The position numbers and the translations under genes were made by a program. Positions 14,085 through 25,535 of a stretch of DNA of 64,000 bases are shown piece by piece. The notes beneath the pieces were generated by a model. The model saw only the letters and a program-made list of their open reading frames with translations. It was not told the origin of the DNA and ran no database searches. This DNA comes from Octopus sinensis. Taxonomy: Eukaryota. Within the stretch, counting starts at the first letter, position 1, and every line of letters begins with the position of its first letter. Location: assembly GCF_006345805.1 (NCBI RefSeq), contig NC_043003.1, positions 65,658,001 through 65,722,000 of the forward strand, read 5' to 3'.

Positions 14085-14570
14085 ATCTAGGAACAAGGCC
14101 CGAAATTTTGCGGGAGGGGCCCAGTCGATTAGATCGATCCCAATATGCAACTGATACTTAATTCATCGGCGGAATTTGAACTCAGAACGTAACGGTTGAC
14201 GAAATACCTATTTCTTTACTACCCAAAAGGGGCTAAACACAGAGAGGACAAACAAGGAGAGAGAAACGGATTAAGTCGATTTTATCGACCCCAGTGCATA
14301 ACTGGTACTTATTTTATCGACCCCGAAAGGATGAAAGGCAAAGTCGACCTCGGCAGAATTTGAACTCAGTACGTAGCGGCAGATGAAATACCGCTAAGCA
14401 TTTCGCCCGACGTGCTAACGTTTCTTATTTCTTTATTGCCCACAAGTGGCTAAACATAGACATAGAGGGAACAAACAAGGACAGACAAAGGGATTAAGTC
14501 GATTACCTGGACTCCAGTTCGTAACTGGTACTTAATTTATCGAGGATGAAAGGCAAAGTCGACATTGGTG
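14085..14570 (-). mobile_element. SINE family B trimer
   Basis: Units joined at GAAATAAG|AAACGTTAGC and GAAATAG|GTATTTCGTC. Confidence 0.8.
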
Positions 14571-14574
14571 AACT

Positions 14575-16290
14575 CTCATTAAACTCTCGAATTCGATACG
14601 CTCGCAGTCTTTCACACTTATCAGACCCCTTCCTCCATTTTCACTCTCTTCACATATAGGCAGTCCGTGCCTGCACGTGGATGATGGGATCTATGCATCA
14701 TTAGGAGCTTTCCTGACTTCCTGTTCATCTCCTTTAGCTCCTTCGCTGTTCACTTCAGGATTCCAGCGCCACACCGAACTACTGCGACTGCGCGCGAGTT
14801 TATTACTGAAATTATGTTTCTGGCGTTCAACTTTGAAACCAATATTTTTCTCACTCGCCGCAAGTACTCTCTTTTTGTCTTTTCCGTGAAGTTTGATTGT
14901 CTCTGCCTCAAGTATTCCAAAGTATTTATAGCTGGATTGAGGTTGAATTGCCGTCATCATTTCACCACTTGGCAACCATATGCCTTCTGTCCTGGCAACA
15001 CTTCCTCGTCTTATCACTATCGTAACACATTTTGAGAGTACAGACTCCATCTTAATGTTATTGGATAAAATCCACACAGACTGTGCTAGCTGTCCAGTTC
15101 TGTCTCAGTTTTTGTGAATAGCTTCAGGTCGTCCATGAATAGCAATTGTTTCAGTTTTCCTTTATCTCTTCGCAGGTCATACCCTAACTTTGTTTTCTGT
15201 AGTATTTCAATCAAGGTGATCATTCCCAGCACGAATATCAGTGGGGACACACTGTCCCCTCGAAGATTCCTCTCTTGATGTTCGCCCCTCCTAGTACTTG
15301 CTTCCCTGCTGTCAATTTCATGCTATTTCATATAAAGCTTCTCCTATTCTCTGCTACTCCATACATTTTCATTGTTCTTGTCCATGAGTGTGATATCATA
15401 TCGTATGCTTTGCAATAATCAACTCATGCCATGATCAGGTTTGTATGTCTTCTCTTGCAGTTCCTGATAATTAGATTATGAATTAAGAGATGATCCCTCG
15501 TTTCCCGGCTCCTCTTTTGGCACTCTTTCTCTTCAATAGGTAGCAACCAACTTTTTTCCAAGTATCCGTACATCTCACTGTCCAAAGCACCTTTTCAGGA
15601 TCCTTGGAACATAACAATGTATTTACCTTTGTCATCCAGTTGGGTACTGCCCCTTCCTGCAAACACTCATATAGCTGTTCTTCTATCCTTTCAGGAAGCC
15701 CTCTCAGTTTCTTCCTCCAATACCTTTGGGCTCTTCTAATTTGGGAAATTTTTAGATGCTTTTTTATCATTCCTGTAGCTATCTTTATGTGTTGTTGGAC
15801 TTTCATATTTCATGCAGCCAATCCGCTTCAGATCCCTCAGACACCTCTCAGATCCTTCTCCAGAATGCCTTGTTTTCCTCTGCATCTGGTATCATTGTTA
15901 CATGTATTTGCCCATCTAGATCCTGAAACAGTTTCTTCATATTTGCTTAAACCAATCTGTTTTGCCTTAATTGTTTTGTTCTATTGTCATATCCTTCCAG
16001 TTTTGCTCCGATTGCTACTACTCATTGTCTCATTTCTTCCAAAATCACATCATAACTTTTATCTCTTATCCTATATGATCTTCCCAGAATTATTCTGCTG
16101 CTTTCGTTAGGCAGTTTCCCTCTTCTCAATCTATCAATTTATCCTAAATGTCTTTTTAACTTTTTTCCCCACAAATTCGTCTACGCCAGTGTGGTTTCCA
16201 ACGTTCTGTTTGTTCTTTTCTTTTGTTTCCAAATCTATCTGCAGCAACCATAGCTGCAGCCCAAATAACCTTACTTTACTTTCCTCTCCC
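14575..16290 (-). mobile_element. Degenerate R4/Dong-clade non-LTR retrotransposon (RT region)
   Basis: Motifs VPNWMTK..LCSKDPEK, RGIFEGDSVSPLIFVLGM, LLFMDDLKL, YKYFGILEA, HHPRAGTDCLYVKR; many stops and frameshifts. Confidence 0.85.
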
Positions 16291-16870
16291 AGCTTATCTC
16301 TCCATGCTGTGAGTTCAGTTCGCCACGTTGTCATTGAGTTTTATATTAACTTCAGGATATTGTGGAAGACATTCAGTAGTTTAGGTCATTCAATAATCTA
16401 CGAGGGTGGGACCATGTCACATACTTTTCTGTAGTCCACCCATGCCATCGCCAAATTTTTGTGTCTCTTCTTGCAATCAGGCCAGATATCTTATCGATTT
16501 GTAATTGATCGTTCGGTCCTCTGTTCTTATGTCAAAACCCTTTTTGTTCCACCGGTACTAGCTGATTCTCATCTAGGTACTTATGGATGCTGTTTGATAT
16601 GATGCCCGTCATCAGTTTTCACATCAGTGGCAAACAAGATATTGGTCGGAAATTTCCAAACGCATTCCCTTTACTCGGATCCTTCTGCCATCCAGGCTGG
16701 TACTTGGATGTCACTACTCAGTATTTCGTCCATCTGTCTCGTATTTCTCCTGTGCAGAGGTGTCAAGTTTTTAAGCCAAAAGCCTGAAACCCCACCTGGG
16801 CCAGGCGCTTTCCAGTTAGGAATATTCATGCACTGATTTCTAATCATATTCTCAGATCCTCCTGTCAATA
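16290..16870 (-). mobile_element. Second R4/Dong-clade RT fragment
   Basis: WKAPGPGGVSGFWLKNLTPLH...VPAWM and AMAWVDYRKVCDMVP; overlaps in homology with the adjacent copy, so it is an independent insertion. Confidence 0.8.
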
Positions 16871-16899
16871 CCCTATAAACTCTCCTCCTCCTACTCCTC

Positions 16900-17048
16900 C
16901 TACTCCTGCTCTTCCTTGTTGTTGTTGTTCTTCTCCTCCTCCTCCACCCCTCCTCCTCCTCATCATCATCCTTCTTCTTCTTTTTCTTCTTCTTCTTCTT
17001 TTTCTTCTTTTTTTTCTTCTTTTTCTTTTTCTTCGTCTTTCTCTTCTT

Positions 17049-17079
<31 letters not shown>

Positions 17080-17095
17080 TTATTATTATTATTCA
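16900..17095. repeat. Compound (CCT)/(CTT)/(ATT) low-complexity tract
   Basis: Direct reading. Confidence 0.9.
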
Positions 17096-17104
17096 GTTGT
17101 TTTA

Positions 17105-17217
17105 TTTTTATAGCGTGCTTTCACTTCACTACCGAGCGTAGCTCTGTGTGCCTTGGGTATGTGCTGTGATTTGTTGTGATACTCTGATGGTTATTGTATG
17201 GAAAGTGTTCTATACAA

Positions 17218-17254
<37 letters not shown>

Positions 17255-17475
17255 TCCCCTTTTCACCGGTTTTGCTGGAACTCCTGGAATTTTGCATGTG
17301 TAGCGGGCTTACTACGTGCAGCTTACCGTACCATGCTATCCGTTTTTTTTTGTTTTTTTTTTCAGCTAAGGCTTTCCTTATTATTCTGGCTTTGCCAAGA
17401 GGACAAACCTTTTGTAACAGTTCTACTGGGCATTCTATTCTAATTTCCTTTATATTCCCCTTATTCACTGTTTGA
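17105..17475 (-). mobile_element. Two LINE 3' ends, each with an (AAT)n tail
   Basis: 17250-17470 encodes ELLQKVCPLGKARIIRKAL, typical of the C-terminus of restriction-endonuclease LINEs; both pieces end in (AAT)n. Confidence 0.65.
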
Positions 17476-17639
17476 GAAATATAATAAGCGTTTTCCTTTC
17501 TTCAAAAATAATTAGGTACACTTTGGAAAACATGCATAAAATTGTTCAGTGTTAAAAATTTTTTGTAAGTGAATGCGCGAGAAATATGTAAATATCTCAG
17601 TATAACAATGTTCTGGAACGTGCCCTTGTTTGTCCATAT

Positions 17640-18030
17640 AGGTAATCAGTCAATGTCTATACAGCACTGGACATATGTTATTCCATTCCCGTTGTACCAA
17701 TTATAAATGGGGTGATGGACACATTCTTCTTTTGCCATATGTTTGTTTTAGTGCAATAAATAGGTCACCATATATCTTTAGTGTTCGTTTCACTTCGCTT
17801 CTGAATAACATTATAATTACTTCATATTGTTATGTCGATAATTACTACACAATATTCTATTTTGTCATAGAAAATGAAGTCAACCTCATTATGGTTTATC
17901 TGGTGGTCTATCTGTTGGCTTATTTCCAGAATATTTTTGCAGTTTTGTTCTAAAACAAGGATAGATTTTTGTATAATTATCAGAAAGACTTCTCTCCACC
18001 TTGCTGAAACTGGGTTACCTGTCATATACG
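17640..18030 (-). mobile_element. Decayed restriction-like endonuclease domain of an R4/Dong-type LINE
   Basis: QIDHQINHNEVDFIFYDKIEYCVVIIDITI..KIYGDLFIALK..FIIGTTG resembles the TDH-NRPD..IID..KY.DL..PI.IGA.G consensus. Confidence 0.6.
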
Positions 18031-18084
18031 ATTACAGATCAGCGTGGACACAATGGTGTGCTAGCGAGTTTACGCTGTGTAGAA

Positions 18085-18395
18085 GGATCGTGGTTTTGTG
18101 GTTGAATGTAACCGGATCACGAATGTAAGGTTGTGAGTTCCATTCCCGGCAGCGTATTGTGTCCTTGAGAAAGACACTTAATTTCACGTCGTTCCAGTCC
18201 ACTCAACTGGAGAAATGAGTTGTGTCTTTAATTTAAAGTGCTTGCTTTGTAGCATTTTATGTCACACTGAACCTCTATGAGAATTACTCGGAGGGTACGC
18301 GTCTCTGTGATGCGATCAACCACGTTAATTTCACGAGTAGGCTGTTCCCGCGATCTGATCAAATGGAGCCCTCGTCAGGGTAACCGACGAAGTGC
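18085..18395 (+). mobile_element. tRNA-derived SINE, family C
   Basis: B-box-like GAGTTCCATTCCC followed by a GTGTCCTTGAGAAAGACACTTAA core-like block. Confidence 0.6.
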
Positions 18396-19250
18396 CAGTT
18401 TTAATGTTTGTGTATGCAAGTTTTGGTATCCTCATACTATGTATCATATTGTATTAGAAAATAAAACGACTCATACAAAATTTGCTATCTATGTTGTAGA
18501 TTCTTCGACTACAACTTTCTCTAAATCAAGTCGTTATAACCTCGTATGGCGAATATCATTGCTTAGTTTATTTCATTTGTGTACATTTTTTTGTACAGTC
18601 TGGTGTAATTATCTATTAAGAAATGGGAAATTCAGTTCACGGAGGTTTTAGTTATTTGTAGGCATACCTTAATGGCTGTTCCCCATGGTTAAAATATATG
18701 CAGTTTATATGTTATTTTAGTTTTCATTTTTGCATTTATTAGTGCAAAAATCTAATCTAATTTCTCGAGAGGATTTTATGGCTGCAGCGATAATTGATTT
18801 TCTAAATTTTGGGTGATGGTAATTAACACGAGCAAAAGTAGTCATTATTTTGTATGTGGAAAGATAGTTAACAGCAAAAGTAATAAACTTCATATATATC
18901 TCCCCTATCGCCTTTTCTTCCTCAGTTGCATAACTGTCTGAGGCAAATATTCTTACGTAGCAACTTGTGTGATTTTTGAATACATTTCTTACACTACAGT
19001 CATTTGAATATAGGTATGTTACATTCAACAGAGCTCATTGTTTTAATTAACACTGGAAATATTTTAGTGTCAAACTGTTATTTCTCAATGTTCTTTTTTT
19101 ATTTATTTCTCTTCAAAATATTTTGACCTTGTCAAAATGTTCAGTTTTCATTCGCATTCAGACACTTCTAAATTACATAGCTATATATTCATCTATACAT
19201 ATAAAACGGATTTATTTATCTCCTAGTTCTAAACCAGTTACCAGACTTAC

Positions 19251-19312
19251 CAGTCCGCCTCTTTGTTTTTTTCACATTTCTTTTCATTTTTCAAGTTGAT
19301 TTCCCCCCAATA
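19251..19312 (-). other. Candidate 62-nt spliced exon
   Basis: gctgcttttcacctcag acceptor and CTG|GTAAGT donor; open frame YWGEINLKNEKKCEKNKEAD or MKRNVKKTKRRT. Confidence 0.3.
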
Positions 19313-19849
19313 CTGAGGTGAAAAGCAGCCGAGAACCATTTATAACAATTTATTTTTAACATTTTTAAAGGAAAAAAAACTTGCATCTATTTTGGCTCCC
19401 ATTCACTAAGTAGTATCCTAAGTGGAATCACTTTTCTGTTTCTTTGTTCTTTATCACAAAGGCCCGTAACAGTGAATAACATAACGACCAGATGTGCTGC
19501 CATGCAGATACTTCGGATGGTTTAGGGCGCAAGTCACTTACGTGGGGTTAAATGAAACAACTTTGTCTAATCGAAAGTACCATACAGATTAAATTGACTA
19601 CAAGAAATTGTATTACCGTCCACTAAGCACATTTAGTATTCAGTTTCGTCCTATTATTTCTGTATTTCCAAATCTTACTATAAACGATATAAGTGAAACG
19701 ATACATAAATGAAGTTCCAGTGAAATAACATCGATTTATCGATTTAATTGACTAATGATTTGGTCCGAATTAAAACCTCCATACTTGATATTAATGAAGC
19801 CACATTGGGTAAAATATTCATTAGCAACAGTCTATGAAATATATTGATT

Positions 19850-20060
19850 TCAAATTTTGACAAAAGGCCAACAGTTTTGATAGGAGGAGTAAGACGGTTA
19901 CAATGACACCAGTGTTCTACTGGAACTTATTTAATCGACCCCGAGAGAATGAAAGACAAACTCGATCTCAGCAAAATTTGAACTCCGAACGAAAGGATCG
20001 ACGAAATGCCGCTGAGCATTTTGCCCTGCACGCTAACGATTCAGCCATCTCGCCACCTTT
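19850..20060 (-). mobile_element. SINE family B
   Basis: Same modules as the other family B copies. Confidence 0.75.
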
Positions 20061-20726
20061 ACTGCATAAAATATATTGAGACCTGGTGTAGTCAGTTTCC
20101 TTAATTTTCACTGGAATCGTCGCTTTCACCAGCTACGTGAATATATACAGAATTTAGTCATGTTAAGAGAAATATACGTGTTTGCGACTGGAAGTACATT
20201 GCCGTCTTAGTAATTGCATAGAATGTTATTCATGAAGATAATTAAAATTATAATTGAAGACTGTAGGCAGCGGTTCAAGCAGATAACAATAAATAGGCCG
20301 CATTTTCGATAATATTTGGAGCTCCAAATTCATTTTGCAAAAGAAACAATGCAGCTACATAATAACAGATGCTGAGCTAATTATTAACAAATACCCTAAG
20401 CGAGAAGAATTGTACAAGATCTGTGCTTTCAAAGGCGCCGTACGGACTTAATTCTTCCAATCAGACGCACTCGAAGGAACTGGACCTGCTTGAAATAGCA
20501 ACTTGGCCACTCCTATTATATAAATAAGAACATAGCATATAAGTTAATGTAGATTTACATATCCCTAAAAGAAATGGGTGGTCACGGCTGGAACGCATTT
20601 GAAGAAAGGTCTATTCCATCAAAGATATCATGAGGCTAAACATCAACTACCAAGAACTGTTATTTCAACAGAAACAGCATACGTGAAAACAAAAATAAAA
20701 AAACAGAAAATAACTTAGTAACTTAG

Positions 20727-21145
20727 GGCGCAGGAGTGGCTGTGTGGTAAGTAGCTTGCTAACCATCCACATGGTTCCGGGTTCAGTCCCACTGCGTGGC
20801 ATCTTGGGCAAGTGTCTTCTGCTATAACCCCGGGCCGACCAATGCCTTGTGAGTGGATTTGGCAGACGGAAACTGAAAGAAGCCTGTCGTATATATGTAT
20901 ATATAGGTATATGTATGTGTGTGTGTTTGTGTGTCTGTGTTTGTCCCCCTAGCATTGCTTGACAACCGATGCTGGTGTGTTTACGTCCCCGTCACTTAGC
21001 GGTTCGGCAAAAGAGACCGATAGAATAAGTACTGGGTTTACAAAGAATAAATCCCGGGGTCGATTTGCTCGACTAAAGGCGGTGCTCCAGCATGGCCGCA
21101 GTCAACTGACTGAAACAAGTAAAAGAGTAAAAGAGTAAAGAGTAA
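20727..21145 (+). mobile_element. SINE family A, full length
   Basis: GGCGCAGGAGTGGC head through (GTAAAAGA)n tail. Confidence 0.9.
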
Positions 21146-21719
21146 CTACTCCACAAACATTCACAGTAACAGTTTAAACGAATTAACAAGAGTTCCTTAA
21201 TAAATCGATTCTAGAAATAACAGCTAAATCTCCATCAAATCACCATCGGACGTGAGGGGGCATGAGAGGATGTGGTACTAGATTATCCTTAAATGAAAGA
21301 ATGGACGTTGCACTACAGCATTTTACACGCGTTCTAGTCCTTCAAATTTGACCTGGGATAAAAACTGCCAGCACCAGATCCGCCATCATCTCTACCATAA
21401 ACAACAACAACAACAATATCGAATAAGAATACGAGCTCAAAAGGAACTTGAATATGAATCAACAAGAGAACTCGTATCTAGTCGATTGTCCTTGCAGAAA
21501 TTGTAACAAAAGTACTCTATATCTTACCATCTTACAAAACGGGGGATATAGATGTATAGAATAACGGTATCTTAAATACACTAAGTTGAATTAAAGCGGT
21601 TATCACCAAGATAAATATATATTTGATCATATTTCTGCTCATTCACGAATCCACAAGGCTAAAAATAGAGACTAAAAAAAACAGCAATGAAAGCTGAATC
21701 AAGAGCACATGCATCAATA

Positions 21720-22145
21720 TCGTGTCGTCGTCGTAGTTGACACCGTCTTTGAAGTTGACATCGTGGTAGTAGTTGACGCCGTTGTCGTAGTTGGGGTCAT
21801 TGTCGTAATTGACGTCGTACCTGATGTCATCGTCGAGGTTGACGTCGTTGTCGTAGTTGACGTCGTTGTCATAGTTGACGTTGTTGTCGTAGTTGACGTC
21901 GTTGTCGTAGTTGACGTCTTTGTCGTAGTTGACGTCGTTGTCGTAGATGACGTCTTTGTCGTAGTTGACGTCTTTGTCGTAGTTGACGTCGTTGTCGTAG
22001 TTGACGTTGTTGTCGTAGTTGATGTAGTTGTCGTAGTTGACGTCGTTGTCGTAGTTGACGTCGTTGTTGTAGTTGACGTCGTTGTTGTAGTTGACGTCTT
22101 TGTCGTAGTTGACGTCGTTGTCGTAGTTGATGTAGTTGTCGCAGT
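21720..22145. repeat. 18-bp minisatellite (GTTGACGTCGTTGTCGTA)n, Thr-rich on the minus strand
   Basis: About 20 or more units; the minus frame is open (TTTTTS repeats, ORF 21714..22154). Confidence 0.9.
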
Positions 22146-22407
22146 TAGTTTCAAAGAGAAGCCATGAATGTTTTTAACATAGAAATCTAGATTTACTTAG
22201 GGAGACAGCAACTGAGTATCGCCTGAGGAGATACATATAGATCTTCTTATACAGGTAAATCGTTACATAATTTAATTTAAACTTAACTTTAAGCTCTGTA
22301 TATACCAGGATCTGTATGTATCGAAACATTTGTAGTGATTAAAAAGCTGCCTAAACTTACTTACTCATCCTTCTCACTCTTTTACTTTTTACTTTATATA
22401 TATATAG

Positions 22408-22444
<37 letters not shown>

Positions 22445-22719
22445 CGCATGACAGAGAACATAGGCTTCAAATGATTGATTTTCACGCATAACAGTAAAAA
22501 AGAGGTTTTTCACAACTGTGAGTTGTATTTTGCTCAAATAATTTTTTTTTAGATACAGCTAACTTCACAGTAAAACATCCTTATATAAAAAAAAGAGAAA
22601 AAATGGAACGGAGATTGCCGTGTCTCTCACATACAATAGACATTAGATAAGTGCATGTAGTTATAAGTATACATACAGAGATATACATACACTCACACAC
22701 ACACACGACAACAAACTGA

Positions 22720-22823
22720 CCCCAGGATGTATTTTTGTAAGCCTGGTACTTATTCTATCGGTCACTTTTGCCGCACAGCTAGGTTACGGGTGGTAAACAC
22801 ACTACCATCGGCTATCAAGACAC

Positions 22824-22900
<77 letters not shown>

Positions 22901-23085
22901 GTGTGTGTGCGGGGGTGTATATACGACAGGTTTCTTTCAGTTTCTGCCTACCAAATCCACTCTCAAGGCTTTGATCGGCAGAGGCTATAGTAGAAGACAC
23001 TTGACCAAGGTGCCATCCAGTGGGATTGAACCCGGAACAATGAGGTTCGGAAGCTAATTTTTTAACATGCAGCCACGCCTGCGCT
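22720..23085 (-). mobile_element. SINE family A
   Basis: Reverse complement of the family A head and body. Confidence 0.8.
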
Positions 23086-23272
23086 TATATATACTTTAAT
23101 AATAAAGCTGCAAAGACATCACAAAGGCTGTTCACGTTCCGCTTCGTCGAGAAGTGAAACTCTGAGTCGCAATTTTTGTGATGTCTTTGCAGCTTTTTTA
23201 ATAAAGTATATTACTCTATCTCCGGTATTCGAGTACCAATCCCCCCATTGTTTCCCATTTATGCGCTTACTC

Positions 23273-23350
<78 letters not shown>

Positions 23351-23355
<5 letters not shown>

Positions 23356-23624
23356 TAAGCAATAAGGGTTAGCAACGAGTTGCCTTACCACATACCGAAT
23401 TTAGAAATAGCAGTCAAAGGTTATAGCTATTTCTTCTACTTTTTAGTAGAAGAAATAGCTATAACCCTTTGACTGCTATTTCTAAATTCGGTATGTGGTA
23501 AGGCAACTCGTTGCTAAACCCTTATTGCTTAGTATTACTTAAATTTTCCTCGAATGAGGCTTTTACATGCCGAAGACTACTTGGTGTAATTGATAATTTT
23601 TCCAATTAATTAATTTCACCCTTC

Positions 23625-23630
<6 letters not shown>
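23351..23630. mobile_element. Inverted (head-to-head) fragment of the 594-bp HHR element family
   Basis: 23351-23440 is the reverse complement of 23445-23535; the sequence matches 52690-52790 and 53200-53375; (TA)n on both sides. Confidence 0.85.
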
Positions 23631-23673
<43 letters not shown>

Positions 23674-23679
23674 TATATA

Positions 23680-23732
<53 letters not shown>

Positions 23733-23735
<3 letters not shown>

Positions 23736-23895
23736 AAATTCACAAAAAAAAAACAAAAGACGACGACAATTGGTGTAGACTACAAACAGATGCATTAGTA
23801 TCACGCTCGGGAAGTGAAAAAGTCATTAACGTTTCGAGCCTAGGCTCTCCCACAGAAAGGAAGACAGAAACAAACAAGGAGAGAAAATAAAAACA
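23733..23895 (-). mobile_element. Penelope-like pLTR remnant with a degenerate HHR (23824-23859)
   Basis: Minus strand CUUU-CUGUGGG-A-GAGC(CUAG)GCUC-GAAACGUU; abuts (TA)n. Confidence 0.65.
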
Positions 23896-23896
23896 T

Positions 23897-23949
<53 letters not shown>

Positions 23950-23959
23950 CACACACATA

Positions 23960-24418
23960 TATAATTAATAATATTTTACATTATGATATTTTTTATGCAT
24001 GCTATGCGACTTGGTATTATTGTAAACAATAATATACACATATTTATTTTTATTATTTATTATTCACTGCCATCACATTTTCAAATCTGTCGCAGCATTA
24101 AAAACGGTCATCACGCACATTATTTGAGACGGGCAGTGTTTATGACCCGTGGGTCAGTGAGACTTGCTGATGAGAACTAAGTGGTATTTACACAAAGTTT
24201 GAAATCGTGATGATACGAGTGTCTGGTTTTTCAATCTACGACTCTTTTCGTTATTTCTGTGCCTTCCCCCGATTTCAATTAATGTGCATCAGTGTAAATG
24301 TGTGGTTGTAGTCGTCTTTTGACTGCTATCTTTAGCGTAGCACCCTTATTAATTAATAATTTTTTATCTTATTTTTTTGCACGCTATGCTACTTGATATT
24401 ATTGTAAACAATAATATC
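23960..24418 (+). mobile_element. Non-coding terminally redundant element (382-bp period) containing an intact HHR; retrozyme-like
   Basis: About 70-bp imperfect direct repeats (TGTAAACAATAATAT at 24021 and 24403) flank the core; HHR at 24162-24220. Confidence 0.65.
24162..24220 (+). ncRNA. Type I hammerhead ribozyme with full consensus core
   Basis: Stem I ACUUG/CGAGU; CUGAUGA; stem II GAACU..GUG/CAC..AGUUU; GAAA; stem III AUC/GAU; AUA cleavage triplet (cut after 24215). Confidence 0.75.
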
Positions 24419-24456
24419 TTTATATATCTGTGTGTGTGTATGCATATATATTTGTA

Positions 24457-24840
24457 TCTCTCTCTATATAAACGGCAGTTTGTCTGTGTGTGTTTCTGTG
24501 TGTCTGTTTGGTTGTACCCTCACTCTGACCACGGCTTTCAACCAATTCTGATGAAACTTGACACACACATAGCCCAATGTCATAATTCAAAACTAACGCA
24601 GCGAAAATTTTGAAAAGTTCCCCCAGTTCTGAAAAAGATCGATAAATTCGACATGGGGTCGACAATCAGAAACAAACCACAGATGGTCTAGGGGACGCAA
24701 CTCGACCTTTTTAACTATCAAAAAAAAATTTATCATCATTTTTTCCCCCATTTTTTTGCTATTTTTTGGCTATAACTCTCTAAAGATGCTTTATAGTTAT
24801 TTCCGTTACAAACCCGAGCAACGCCGGGCGATACTGCTAG
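24457..24840 (+). mobile_element. Non-autonomous Helitron
   Basis: 5' TC, subterminal hairpin CCCGAGCAACGCCGGG, 3' CTAG; inserted between A (24456) and T (24841) with no TSD. Confidence 0.85.
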
Positions 24841-24999
24841 TATATACATAAAACTGGTGTGTTTGCAACATTGCGTACAAATAGTTATATTCGTCAATGG
24901 ATTTATTTTTTTTTCTGTTACGCAATTCTACAATATTACATATCATATTAGAATACAATTACTTTCATGCATTTTTCTTTTTAACTGGTACATATCTTC

Positions 25000-25535
25000 T
25001 CGTTTTTATTGACCCCCGAAAGGATATAGGGTAAAATCGACCTCCACGTAATTTGAAATCACAACATAAAGACGGAAGAAATACAGCTAAAAAGTTTTCT
25101 CCATCATACTAACTTCTCTTATTTCTTTATTGTCCACAAGGGGCTAAACATGGAGAGGACAGACAAGGACAGACAAACGGATTAAGTCGATTACATAGAC
25201 TCCTGTGCGTAGCTGGTATTTAATTTATCGACCCCGAAAGGATGAAAGGCAAAGTCGACCTCAGCGGAATTTGAACTCAGAACGTAACGGCAGACAAAAT
25301 ACCTATTTCTTTACTAGGCACAAGGGGCTAAACACAGAGAGGACAAACAAGGACAGACAAACGGATTAAGTCGATTATATCGACCCAGTGCATAACTGGT
25401 ACTTACTTAATCGACCCCGAAAGGACGAAAGGCAAAGTCGACCTCGGCGGAATTTGAACTCAGAACGTAGCGGTAAAAGAAATACCGCTAAGCATTTCAC
25501 CCAGTGCGCTAACAATTCTGCCAGCTCACCGCCTT
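25000..25535 (-). mobile_element. SINE family B trimer
   Basis: Same two junction types as at 14085-14570. Confidence 0.8.

Noticed and set aside
6703-14570. Regularly spaced repeats as a CRISPR array
   Set aside because: Eukaryotic context, long SINE modules, no unique spacers and no cas genes.
15604-16110. 168-aa plus-strand ORF (also 40361..40804 and 42080..42599)
   Set aside because: These are antisense shadows of transposon coding sequence on the minus strand.
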